From the NCBI GenBank assembly GCA_964242385.1, contig CAXSZR010000001.1:1315214-1379213 (forward strand): DNA of 64,000 nt, written 5' to 3'. This document shows positions 48,335 through 57,576 of this stretch, one piece after another. Made by a program: the position numbers and the translations under genes. The stretch is from an uncultured Mucilaginibacter sp. (lineage in GTDB: Bacteria; Bacteroidota; Bacteroidia; Sphingobacteriales; Sphingobacteriaceae). Numbering within the stretch: position 1 is the first letter of the stretch; every line of letters starts with the position of its first letter. The notes beneath the pieces are model-generated. The model had not been told where the DNA came from. It saw only the letters and a program-made list of their open reading frames with translations, and searched no databases.

Positions 48335-48638
48335 CTACATCTACCTATGAAAAACAACCCTTTTAGAGGGCATTTAATATTATTCAAATCCAATGCCAAA
48401 TTTTTGTTACAGTTGTTAAGTTCAAAAATTGTTTTGATTATTTTAAAAAAGTTTTTAAGTAGAAAACAATTCCCGTTTTGTGGAATAAAACGTATAATTT
48501 ATTGCACATTTGTTTATTTCTTAACAATACAAACACTTTTAGCATACATTGTTATAGTTTTAACAACCAAGTTAAGCCGGGCAGCACATATACAACATGC
48601 TAACTGAAACCAACAACATAAAAAGTTGTTATTAACCT

Positions 48639-48950
48639 ATGGATTACAATGTATATTTATTAGCGACCGATCCAAAGAATCCTTGCCGGGATGTGATCCA
48701 CTCCAGGGATACCAATCTTAAGATACGGGTGTTTTGCCTCAGCGAAGAGGATTTTAATCCTGATGCTAACGAGATACAGCTATATGGGTATGCCAACAGT
48801 AAGCTTTATGCTTTTGAAACAATCCGCATATCGGCAGAAGATGCACTGGATGTTGTAGGAGCCATACAGTGGTACGCAGAATATATTGATTTTCCGGATA
48901 TGGAAATTTTGCCCGAAGACCCCCGACCCGGTAAGCACGCCGCAGTTTAG
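48639..48950 (+). CDS. Hypothetical acidic cytoplasmic protein
   Basis: 103-aa ORF with a plausible start context; no motif recognised. Confidence 0.7.
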   Translation: MDYNVYLLATDPKNPCRDVIHSRDTNLKIRVFCLSEEDFNPDANEIQLYGYANSKLYAFETIRISAEDALDVVGAIQWYAEYIDFPDMEILPEDPRPGKHAAV

Positions 48951-49018
48951 TTATCGCTCCATACATCTTTAGTGTTTCATTACCACTGTTTATTTTTGCT
49001 CTTGACAAAGCCTCAGGA

Positions 49019-50383
49019 ATGAAGAAATACCTTTTACCTTGTTTTATCCTGCTCTTATCTGCCTGTGGCAGCATTAAGCCTGCTCCTCCAGCGTTACCGC
49101 TATCACATATAGATACCGAACCGCTGCCAGATTCACAGATTGACTTACTGGTGAGCATAAACCTGCAGGATGTTTTTAACGATTTTACTGCAAAAATTCC
49201 ACTTCAATTATCCGGACAAGGTACAACCGGGCCTGCGCAATACCGCTGGCAGGTACAAAGGCAGCCTTTTAATCTCACCCTATCGAGCAATACTTTAAAT
49301 ATTGCAGATGCCGCGCATTTTACGGGCGGCGGTTATATTAAAAATCCGCTTAACGGAAATTGGGTTAGCGTTGCATCCTGTAATACAGATGCTTTTATCG
49401 GCATTAGCGCAAGTTTTGCGGTTACCAAAAATTATTTTTTGAGCAGCAACGTAAAGCTTACACAACTGGATCTTAACGCCTGTAATTTAAATGTGGTAAA
49501 TTTTGATGTAAGCCCAATTATCAAATCTAAAATCACCGGGCTGTTAAATGATCAGCTTAAAAACATCAGCCAGCAAATAAACCAATATAATTTCAGGTCG
49601 TTATTGCAGCCGGCCTGGGACCAGTTAAATAATCCCGTAAAAATTGGCGACCTGGGTTATATTGTGATCAACCCATCATCAGTAAGGCTTTCGCAGCCGC
49701 TTGGCTCCGGAAACATACTTAGTTTAACAGCAGGCATTACCGCAAAACCTGTTTTTTACTTAAGTAATCCCGGAAAGTTAAATGCAAGCCCCGTTCCGGA
49801 TGTATCGGGTAACAGCACAAACACCAGTGGATTTAACATTACGCTGGACATGCACCACGATTATCAGACACTGAACGAACGCCTCAAAGCAAACATTAAC
49901 AACCAGACCATCAACACAGGCAACGGCGGATATATAATTATTAAGGATGCAGACCTGTATGGCACCGGTAATAATCATCTGTTTATAAAAGTGAAGTTTA
50001 CAGGCAAACAGAACTCGGTACCGTATCATGGAACATTATATTTTACCTGCATCCCCCAATATGATGCTAAAAGCGGGGATCTTTACATCAGTAGTATTGA
50101 TTTTGATTTTAATACCATTACACGTCTCAAGGAAGGCCCGGCCGTATGGATCTTAAGTTCGGCTATTAAAAAATATTTAAACAACCAGGTTCATTTTAAT
50201 ATTTCTGGCCAGATAAAAAATCTGAAAAACAACCTGAACATAGCTATCAATAAACCCTTAGATAGCCATGTAAGTTTGCAGGGAAAGATAAATAGCATTG
50301 AACTTGTCGACATTCTTCCCCTAAAAGATTACATCCTGATCCGCGCTAGCGCCACCGGAGACCTGGGATTAAGAATGAACTAA
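49019..50383 (+). CDS. DUF4403-like lipoprotein
   Basis: LLSAC lipobox; long beta-rich tubular-type sequence. Confidence 0.65.
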   Translation: MKKYLLPCFILLLSACGSIKPAPPALPLSHIDTEPLPDSQIDLLVSINLQDVFNDFTAKIPLQLSGQGTTGPAQYRWQVQRQPFNLTLSSNTLNIADAAHFTGGGYIKNPLNGNWVSVASCNTDAFIGISASFAVTKNYFLSSNVKLTQLDLNACNLNVVNFDVSPIIKSKITGLLNDQLKNISQQINQYNFRSLLQPAWDQLNNPVKIGDLGYIVINPSSVRLSQPLGSGNILSLTAGITAKPVFYLSNPGKLNASPVPDVSGNSTNTSGFNITLDMHHDYQTLNERLKANINNQTINTGNGGYIIIKDADLYGTGNNHLFIKVKFTGKQNSVPYHGTLYFTCIPQYDAKSGDLYISSIDFDFNTITRLKEGPAVWILSSAIKKYLNNQVHFNISGQIKNLKNNLNIAINKPLDSHVSLQGKINSIELVDILPLKDYILIRASATGDLGLRMN

Positions 50384-50389
50384 TCGACC

Positions 50390-50698
50390 TTATTTTTTTA
50401 AGCTTACCGCCTCTATCCCTGTTAACGTTGGCACAACTGGCTTTATCGAGCCATCATTGTTAAACTTCAGCTTATCAATGCATACTTCGCGGTTGTAACC
50501 TGCCGCATCACCCATGGTGATCCCTTTAGGGTAATTAAAGCGATGGTGAACTATATACTATTGGTCGGTACCAGGAATTTGAGTTACCGAATTATGCCCG
50601 GTTCCATAAATGCCTTTTACAGTATCTTTAGTTAAAACTACGTTATGTTCGGGAACCCGTATGGGGCCGGTTGGTGATTTAGCCGTTCCGTAATGTAC
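50390..50698 (-). pseudogene. 3' fragment of a GH43 glycoside hydrolase
   Basis: VHYGTAKSPTGP...IYGTGHNSV...DQ*YIVHHRF...NREVCIDKL. In-frame TAG at 50558-50560 where Trp is expected; 5' part absent. Confidence 0.8.
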
Positions 50699-50751
50699 GG
50701 TAAATTAGAGTCGCAGACAGCAGAAGCGATTATAACCAGCTTTAGCTTAAA

Positions 50752-51633
50752 TCATTTTTCCTGGAAATTCATAACTCCACCTGCAACCTTTCCGTAAGCC
50801 AGTACTGGCAGGGCGGCGTAGGAGATTTTCTTTTTCCAGTTTTCATAGCGGTCGTTAATGAAATTGTCCCAATTATAGCCGTTTAACTGAACGCGACCAA
50901 GAGAGATACATGGTTCATTGATTTTAGTAGTGTGCCACCATCCCGAAGGAAACAATAAAGTTTCGCCCTCTTCCACGGTAAATTCAATCGGCACAGCATC
51001 TTTAAACAACGGGAATTTTTCGTAATCCGGATCAAGGAAATTCACTTGCGAAAACTTTGGATTGTCGGGATATGGGTACATGCACGGCGTTTGTTCAGGC
51101 GGGTACATGATAAATACTTTTGAGCCGTACACCTGCGTTATCTGCGTATGCATAAATAGCGCATCGTAGTGCAGGTACGGGAAGCTTGAACCGGCGCCTC
51201 CTAAAAAAAGCTCATAAACCGTAGTGCCTTGCAATAGTTGCTTTGGCATTAGCTTGTGGTTAATGCGGTCTATCTTTCCGTAGATGATCTCGGGCAAAAA
51301 ATCATCCATTAACTCAGGAAACACCTTTTTTACATCGAAATTATAAGGATACGGAGCAGGATTTTTGGCATTGGAGGCGAGCATCATATCGATGAAGTCG
51401 CCCATGTTGTAATTAACCCCTTTTATGTTTTTATTAATGTGCGAATAATGTTCCTTAAACCAGGCCGGGGTAAATTTACCCATTGCTTTCCAGTCTCTGG
51501 CAGCGTCTGTAAGCACCACCGGGAGCGAAAGCTTTACATACTCGTTTAAAAGCTCCTGCTGCGATAAGTTGCTACGTTTATCAACTCCGGATACTTTGTA
51601 CTTTGGTTTGGCCAGTATTTCTTCAGTAAGCAT
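50752..51633 (-). CDS. JmjC/cupin-like 2OG-Fe(II) oxygenase
   Basis: PVVLTD..W.A..K, HYD, GETLLFPSGWWH. Confidence 0.87.
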   Translation of the reverse strand: MLTEEILAKPKYKVSGVDKRSNLSQQELLNEYVKLSLPVVLTDAARDWKAMGKFTPAWFKEHYSHINKNIKGVNYNMGDFIDMMLASNAKNPAPYPYNFDVKKVFPELMDDFLPEIIYGKIDRINHKLMPKQLLQGTTVYELFLGGAGSSFPYLHYDALFMHTQITQVYGSKVFIMYPPEQTPCMYPYPDNPKFSQVNFLDPDYEKFPLFKDAVPIEFTVEEGETLLFPSGWWHTTKINEPCISLGRVQLNGYNWDNFINDRYENWKKKISYAALPVLAYGKVAGGVMNFQEK

Positions 51634-51864
51634 AGTATTTATCTGTTTTGCTTTGAAATTATTCGATATTGTTTTATGTAATGATTACCAGATCGGCAGT
51701 TACTAATGTTTAGATGAGCATATTTCGTTCAATACAATCCCTACTTTGGCCTTTAAAGTATAAAACACTCTTTGCTAAAAATAGCGATTACATTTTAATA
51801 GCCATAATCATCACTAAACATTTACGGAATTTAATAAAAATTGATAGAAATACCCATAAAGATC

Positions 51865-51892
51865 AAAAGCCCTACATTTCTGTAAGGCTTTT
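51865..51892 (-). terminator. Hairpin downstream of the tRNA fragment
   Basis: Minus strand AAAAGCCUUACA-GAAA-UGUAGGGCUUUU. Confidence 0.6.
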
Positions 51893-51894
51893 TA

Positions 51895-51934
51895 TGGGAG
51901 CTACTGAGTTCGAACCAGCGACCTCTGCTTGTAA
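51895..51934 (-). pseudogene. 3' half of tRNA-Val(TAC), probable att-site remnant
   Basis: Minus strand TTACAAGCAGAGGTCGCTGGTTCGAACTCAGTAGCTCCCA: anticodon loop, T arm with TTCGAA and 3' acceptor strand. No D arm or 5' acceptor strand. Confidence 0.8.
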
Positions 51935-51960
51935 AAGCGAGGAAAGGTGTCCCTATTGAC

Positions 51961-52295
51961 ACTATATCTTCAACGTAATAATTGTAAAAATTGCTATTGG
52001 TAAACCCTGCACCAATAATTGGGAATAATTGTTTGATTTATCTGAAATTTGTAATTGTTTCTTTCCAAGTACCGTCTTTATAATAAAAGAAATAGCTGTG
52101 TTGCCTTCTTTTTCAAATTCGGCTACAAAGTTACCATCTTGAATTTTCCATTTCTTTATTTGGAATAGGATGTTGGCTATTAAACAGCCTTAAACGTTAC
52201 CCGGAACCCTCGCTAAAGTATTAATTGTTTGGCTATTGTAAATTTCGTAATTACCATTAATACAAATGCAAACGCTATAATTTTTTCAAATTCAT
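51961..52295 (-). pseudogene. Frameshifted remnant of an exported PepSY-like (BLIP-like) domain protein
   Basis: Across frames: signal peptide MNLK/KIIAFAFVLM, VPGNV, NSQHP, IKKWKIQDGNFVAEFEKEG, KDGTWKET. Confidence 0.55.
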
Positions 52296-52610
52296 AGTTA
52301 GATCTTTTGATCATTTTGGCGCAAATCTACGTCGCTAATACATCTCATTTACATAATTTTGGGTTATCTTCAATAACCAGAAGTAATCGAAATTGTAAAT
52401 AATCGAAATTTACTTTTGCTCTCCTAAGTTAAATAATGCGGGTTTATCTTACTGTCGGCATCGTGCTATCTTTAGCATAAAATTGGGTGTATGTTAAATA
52501 CAAAAAACGTTCTTTATGGATCCTTCAAGAGGATGTGTATACAGCGATCTAATTAAGCAACGACCTCCAGGTGCACCCAAATCATTTAATTAATTTAGAA
52601 TATTTAAATC

Positions 52611-52781
52611 ATGGGACTATTCGAGCCAGAACACATTTTACTTATCGTATTTATACTTCTACTTTTATTTGGAGGCAAAAAAATTCCGGAACTAATGAAA
52701 GGATTAGGCACGGGAATAAAAGAGTTTAAAAATGCGCAGAATGAATCTTCAAATAAGAATTTAACAAATAATGACAATTAA
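52611..52781 (+). CDS. tatA: Twin-arginine translocase subunit TatA/E
   Basis: Hand translation [43 protein letters not shown]...: TM helix, FG hinge and amphipathic helix. 56 aa, missed by the ORF track. Confidence 0.9.
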   Translation: MGLFEPEHILLIVFILLLLFGGKKIPELMKGLGTGIKEFKNAQNESSNKNLTNNDN

Positions 52782-53169
52782 CAAGAACGACAAAAAATTA
52801 AGTTTGTTACCTGCAATTGTAGCTTGTAAATGTCCGCATTGTCGAGTAGGAAAAGTTTATCTGACAGGAGCTTACAGTTTTAAGAATGTACAAATACAGA
52901 ATAAGTGCCAGCATTGCGGTTTGGTTTACGAAAAAGAGCCAGGATACTTTTACGCAGCAATGTATGTGGGATACATGTTTATTGTGGCTGAATTGGTTTC
53001 CGCAGCTGTTGGTACCAGTATTCTCACCGGTAGCACTAACCCTTGGTTGTATGTTTTCGTAATGATTCCCTTTGTCGTTGTTTTATCGCCATTCAATTAT
53101 CGGTATTCTCGTATACTGCTACTTTATTTTTTTACTCCAGGTTTACGCTATCACCCAGAAATGAGCTAA
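52771..53169 (+). CDS. DUF983 family protein
   Basis: CKCPHCRVG...[15 protein letters not shown] Zn ribbon plus two TM helices. Confidence 0.85.
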   Translation: MTINKNDKKLSLLPAIVACKCPHCRVGKVYLTGAYSFKNVQIQNKCQHCGLVYEKEPGYFYAAMYVGYMFIVAELVSAAVGTSILTGSTNPWLYVFVMIPFVVVLSPFNYRYSRILLLYFFTPGLRYHPEMS

Positions 53170-53233
53170 CGTATTTTTTTATAACTATAAATCAAACTTT
53201 TAATTTTTGAACTTAAACATAATTTGATAACTC

Positions 53234-53725
53234 ATGAAAAACGCAATAATGATCATATCGGTCTTAGTCATATTGTTTTTAATATCTGGTTGCATTTCCA
53301 CCAACAAAAACCAATTGGAACTTAAGGCAAAGATTGATAGTTTACAATCAAAATTAAACAACTCATATATACCGGGAACAGGAGAAATTATGAGCAATAT
53401 TGTTCAACCTCACCACCTAAAATTGTGGAGGGCGGGGCAAACCCAAAATTGGCCATTAGCAGCATATGAAACACATTTGATTGAAGGCGGATTTAAAAGA
53501 ATACAAAAGTTCCATAAGGGATCACCTGAAGCCATTGCTACGCCAATGATATATCCTCCGCTTGAAGCAATTAAATTAGCAATACGGGAGCAAAATGCAA
53601 AAGAATTCAAATCCGGTTTTGCCGTCTTAACGCATACATGTAACACTTGTCATACAACTACAAATTACAATTTTAACCTAATTGTTGTTCCGACATTAAA
53701 TGCTCCAACAAACCAAAAATTCTGA
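53234..53725 (+). CDS. Putative c-type cytochrome lipoprotein
   Basis: LISGC lipobox; helical body with CNTCH heme-binding motif near the C-terminus. Confidence 0.7.
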   Translation: MKNAIMIISVLVILFLISGCISTNKNQLELKAKIDSLQSKLNNSYIPGTGEIMSNIVQPHHLKLWRAGQTQNWPLAAYETHLIEGGFKRIQKFHKGSPEAIATPMIYPPLEAIKLAIREQNAKEFKSGFAVLTHTCNTCHTTTNYNFNLIVVPTLNAPTNQKF

Positions 53726-53937
53726 TTTTAAATTTTGATATTGGTATCACTGAACTCGCTGCACTATGGCATGAAAGTAAATGCGCTATCGTATTGATAT
53801 CAAATTCAAAATGGGATGTTAATTTAGTGCTGAATGTTTGATATATAAAACGAGACCTTGTTGTTGTATTTAAGTGTTACGCTTTCCTTAATTGTTGACT
53901 TTTGAACGTTCTAAAAATTATTGATGAAATTTAACCG

Positions 53938-54054
53938 TTATGGAGCTTGTTTTACATCTTCAAAAACATTATCAACAACTGGTTCCAAATAATGTGCCTC
54001 GCAAATTAATTTAATCATCTCATTTGCAGCAACCAGGTAACCTTTATAAATCCC
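53938..54054 (-). pseudogene. Possible C-terminal remnant of an MDR alcohol dehydrogenase
   Basis: GIYKGY...HYLEPVVDNVFEDVKQAP* resembles MDR C-termini. Short, weak match. Confidence 0.3.
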
Positions 54055-55157
54055 TATTGATTAAGGCCAATAGTACAGGGATCAATACTTTGGTTGATTG
54101 GCTGTGAGCTTTCCTGAGTAACTGTTTGCCATGCGACAACTTGGAGCTGAACAGCAATATTTGCCGGGATCTTAAATGACAACGCTGCTTTTTCGTTCGG
54201 TCCCAAAGTTCTTGCGTCAACATGCGTAATTTGCTGAAACAAAACCAGCGCACTTAAGTACGCGCCATAAATGCTGGGGTGAATATAATCTGGTGAGTTT
54301 ATAACAGGGTTATTGATGCTGTTATAACCGTACCATAAAAGCGGTTCAGTTTCAATCGCAATGTAAGGGCTTGGATTAGCCAAATTTTGGCCCCATGCAT
54401 TAATCCAGGCATCTCCGGTTGGGGCAACTGCCTCAATATTACCGTCATGCCGTGCAGCACTATAGTATACGTTGTGATTGGCATCGGCCAAAACGGATAA
54501 ATTCTTCAAAAATTCTTTATTGAAACTTGATGAACTTGTATCACCACCGCTGAGAGAGGTAGCAAGGTCGGCTCTTGGCCATGGCTCATATAAATAAACT
54601 TTGGCGCCTGATGAAGCCTGATGCACTGCTTGTTCAATTTCTTCTACAGTGGAACAAAAGTTGTTTGGATCGCTGGTTTTATCCTTGGTTAAAGAATATG
54701 ATAATGGCCTTGAGCTTAGTTCCTGCAAAACTACAGCGTTCCATTTTGACTGCGCAATAACGCCGGAAGCGACAGAAAAGTTTTTATCTAAACTGGTTTC
54801 AGAAATGGCCTCGATATGTACATCATAGTTCAAACCAGACTCAGAAGCCATTTCCGCGAAGATCCCCGGAATGCCACCATAGGGCCCCGGCTCCAGTTCT
54901 TTTTGTCCTCCGGTTTGTCCGAAATTCTCATCAAAAACCAGATTTGACCCTGTCATGTTATCATTTGTACCGCTTGAATTATAGGTCCGTACAGGCGTGT
55001 AGCGTCCGTGAGTGAAACTGTCTCCAACAAACAATATTCGTTGCAAGGGGCCATTTGACAGCTTTGGGTGTAACTCATTTGTTTTACAGCCAAGACCTGT
55101 TGCTATTAAAATAATGAATATATTGATTAATGCTTTTCGATCTTTTAAATTTTCCAT
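54054..55157 (-). CDS. SGNH/GDSL-like hydrolase lipoprotein
   Basis: GLGC lipobox, ILFVGDSFT block I, VVLQE, DYIH block V. Confidence 0.65.
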   Translation of the reverse strand: MENLKDRKALINIFIILIATGLGCKTNELHPKLSNGPLQRILFVGDSFTHGRYTPVRTYNSSGTNDNMTGSNLVFDENFGQTGGQKELEPGPYGGIPGIFAEMASESGLNYDVHIEAISETSLDKNFSVASGVIAQSKWNAVVLQELSSRPLSYSLTKDKTSDPNNFCSTVEEIEQAVHQASSGAKVYLYEPWPRADLATSLSGGDTSSSSFNKEFLKNLSVLADANHNVYYSAARHDGNIEAVAPTGDAWINAWGQNLANPSPYIAIETEPLLWYGYNSINNPVINSPDYIHPSIYGAYLSALVLFQQITHVDARTLGPNEKAALSFKIPANIAVQLQVVAWQTVTQESSQPINQSIDPCTIGLNQ

Positions 55158-55517
55158 AAGGTATAATTGTAAGTGTTGTGATTGCTAAATGTTTTTGTTA
55201 GGCGGCTATCTTGAACAGGGTATAGGTTTAACTCGAAGATACGGCCTAAAACTTATTCTTTTTTTATAACAGTGCTTAATGATATAATCATTAGAGGTAA
55301 ATTGACCTTCGTTTTCATCTTTATCAACGTTAAGACTTAAGTGAAATAGCAAGGTTTAAAAGCTCAAAACATACTTTATATCATTTTGATTTAATACCAT
55401 TTTTCCTGGTGCTACTGAACGGAATGATATTTAACTTAAAAGCCTATGTTAATTTGTTACTCAAGGGTTAAGTATAAAGCCGTCTAATTTATTGCAGGTT
55501 ATTCTAAATCAGAGCAC

Positions 55518-55754
55518 TCAAAAATTATTATTGGTGAGGATTTTCATCAACTTCTCTATCGAAGGGACCAATATATACCCGGCAGGTATAGCAATGCAGC
55601 AACCTGCTGCAAAGTCGTCTCTCCAGTTTGATAAGAATGATTGTGTTATACCTTTTCTGATAATGATCATTCCTGAACTCATCACAGCTGTCATTAGTAA
55701 TGAAATGATAAATATTCCTAAAAAATATCCTTGTTTTGGTGTAATCTTTTTCAT
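55518..55754 (-). CDS. DUF2798-like small membrane protein
   Basis: ISLLMTAVMS...FLSNWRDDF...IAIPAG, two TM helices. Confidence 0.7.
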   Translation of the reverse strand: MKKITPKQGYFLGIFIISLLMTAVMSSGMIIIRKGITQSFLSNWRDDFAAGCCIAIPAGYILVPSIEKLMKILTNNNF

Positions 55755-55795
55755 ATCAATTTAAGTTTTGATAGAGAATTTTCATATTTGTAACC

Positions 55796-56365
55796 ATGCC
55801 GGAGGCCATACCAAATGTTATTTTTAGTCACATTCCCGAGATTGAAACTTGCTGGGAACAGTATAAGCATCTGTTCAAAAAACAAGTTTTAAAGAATAAA
55901 ACCGTACTGCTTCGTGAAGGTGAAACAGCAAAAAAAATGTTCTTTATCGAAAATGGCTGTATCCGGCTTTTTTTTACCGACGTTAATAAAGATGTAACCG
56001 TTCAATTTTTTTTTGAAAACAAGCTGGTATCGTCTATGGAATCTTTCCAGGAAAACTGCATCAGTAAATTTTCCCTGGAGACATTGGAAGATACCACCTG
56101 CTATGTTTTAAGCAAAGCTGGCTATTTGCAACTTATAAGAGAATTACCGTCATTCAAGCATCACTTTGAAACTTTCTTCAAACAAAGGATGTTTCATTAT
56201 CTTAATCTCTTACTCGATTATATCAGATTCTCTCCGGAACAACGATACCGTGCGCTTGCTGATAACCAACCGGAAATTATAGAACGGATTCCACAATACT
56301 ATATCGCATCATATCTCGGCATCACTCCGGTTTCATTCAGCAGAATCCGACATCGTAAGGAGTAA
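55796..56365 (+). CDS. Crp/Fnr family transcriptional regulator
   Basis: LLREGE, FFIENGCIR cNMP-binding domain; IASYLGITPVSFSRIR HTH. Confidence 0.9.
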   Translation: MPEAIPNVIFSHIPEIETCWEQYKHLFKKQVLKNKTVLLREGETAKKMFFIENGCIRLFFTDVNKDVTVQFFFENKLVSSMESFQENCISKFSLETLEDTTCYVLSKAGYLQLIRELPSFKHHFETFFKQRMFHYLNLLLDYIRFSPEQRYRALADNQPEIIERIPQYYIASYLGITPVSFSRIRHRKE

Positions 56366-56389
56366 TGAAAGAGTATCATTGGCCGGAAA

Positions 56390-57373
56390 TTAATTCGTTT
56401 TTAAAATGATTTTGTCTTTTATACCCTTAAAGGTTGCCTCGTAGGCCTTGGCAGCATTTTCCAGCGGTAATATAAATTCTTCTTTTACTTCAAACGGCTT
56501 GAGGCTACCATTGTCGAAACCTGGCTTAAGTTCATCTAGTATCCGGGCACAGGCAATTACATCAAGCTCTTGTGTATCAATTCCCACTAAAGTTTGCTGT
56601 GCCCTGTAAAAATTAAATAAGTTAAAGCTGACATCCAGCTTGGCCCTGTCAGCAATGATTATCTGAGTTCCGCCATGCGCCAGCGATTTCATGGCGTCAC
56701 TAAAACAAGGGCCTCCTACCGTATTGTATACAATATCTGCACCATGCCCGTTTGTAATTTTTGCAACTTCATCTGCTACTATGCTGGTGGAAGAGTTTAT
56801 AACATAAACCGGCAAACTGCTAAAGCCCATATATTTATCTTTACCCCGGTCTACGATAATTACCTTTGCTCCGGCTCGACTAGCCAGTTGTGCGGCGGCC
56901 TGACCCACTTTTCCGTTTCCCCCAAATATGAGTATATGCTGATTCTTTTGTGGAAGACCGGCCCGGCGGAGACCTTCATACGCTGTAATAAATGGCACTC
57001 CTACACCTGCAGCTTCCTGCATATTCATTGTTACCGGTTTTTCACTCAACGCGTTTTCAGGAATAACAATAAAAGATGCATGGCTACCATCCCTTTTAAT
57101 TCCAAGATCGCCCCCCGTGCCCCAGATTTCCTTTCCAATTAGCTCCGGCCGGCCGTCAATTACAATCCCGGAAAAGTCTCTTCCCGTGTGGCGGGGCCAG
57201 ATCGCTTTTGGGAATAAGCCCAAGACTCCGGCAACGTCACTCGGATTTACCCCAGCGTATAAGACTTTGACAACAATGTTGCCTGGTTTGGCCACGGGTT
57301 GCTGTTGGTCAACTACGTTAACGATTATATTGTCGACGTTTGTAGATTGCTGATGAACTTTTATTGCTTTCAT
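56390..57373 (-). CDS. MDR-family NADPH:quinone oxidoreductase-like protein
   Basis: GVNPSD, GRDFSG, GVPFITAY, GGNGKVG. Confidence 0.88.
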   Translation of the reverse strand: MKAIKVHQQSTNVDNIIVNVVDQQQPVAKPGNIVVKVLYAGVNPSDVAGVLGLFPKAIWPRHTGRDFSGIVIDGRPELIGKEIWGTGGDLGIKRDGSHASFIVIPENALSEKPVTMNMQEAAGVGVPFITAYEGLRRAGLPQKNQHILIFGGNGKVGQAAAQLASRAGAKVIIVDRGKDKYMGFSSLPVYVINSSTSIVADEVAKITNGHGADIVYNTVGGPCFSDAMKSLAHGGTQIIIADRAKLDVSFNLFNFYRAQQTLVGIDTQELDVIACARILDELKPGFDNGSLKPFEVKEEFILPLENAAKAYEATFKGIKDKIILKTN

Positions 57374-57421
57374 AACTTATCTTATTTAACGTAAAATTCG
57401 GCGATTACAATGAAGCGAAAA

Positions 57422-57435
57422 ATAACATTTGTTAA
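57422..57435. promoter_or_regulatory. 14-bp palindrome copy (ATAACATTTGTTAA)
   Basis: 48 nt upstream of the MDR start; recurs at 60078, 61140 and 63275. Confidence 0.55.
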
Positions 57436-57576
57436 TAGCCATTAATTTATTATACAGCATTTAAGTGTAAACCAAATTAACACCAGGTCCTATGAATTAT
57501 AAGTGATGGAAAATGAAAAGAATTATTCAGGTAACATCATAGATGATGCCACCTGAAATAATTTGAAAAATTAGCC

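Noticed and set aside
48347-48607. 86-aa plus-strand ORF in the AT-rich gap
   Set aside because: Low-complexity F/L/K/I composition typical of non-coding AT-rich DNA; it overlaps the candidate sRNA and promoter elements.
51714-51959. 81-aa ORF containing MGATEFEPATSACK
   Set aside because: This peptide is the antisense translation of the tRNA fragment, a common annotation artefact.
52436-52552. Short hydrophobic ORF MRVYLTVGIVLSLA*NWVYVKYKK... after the island promoter
   Set aside because: Interrupted by TAA after 14 codons. It may be a decayed small membrane gene but cannot be assigned.
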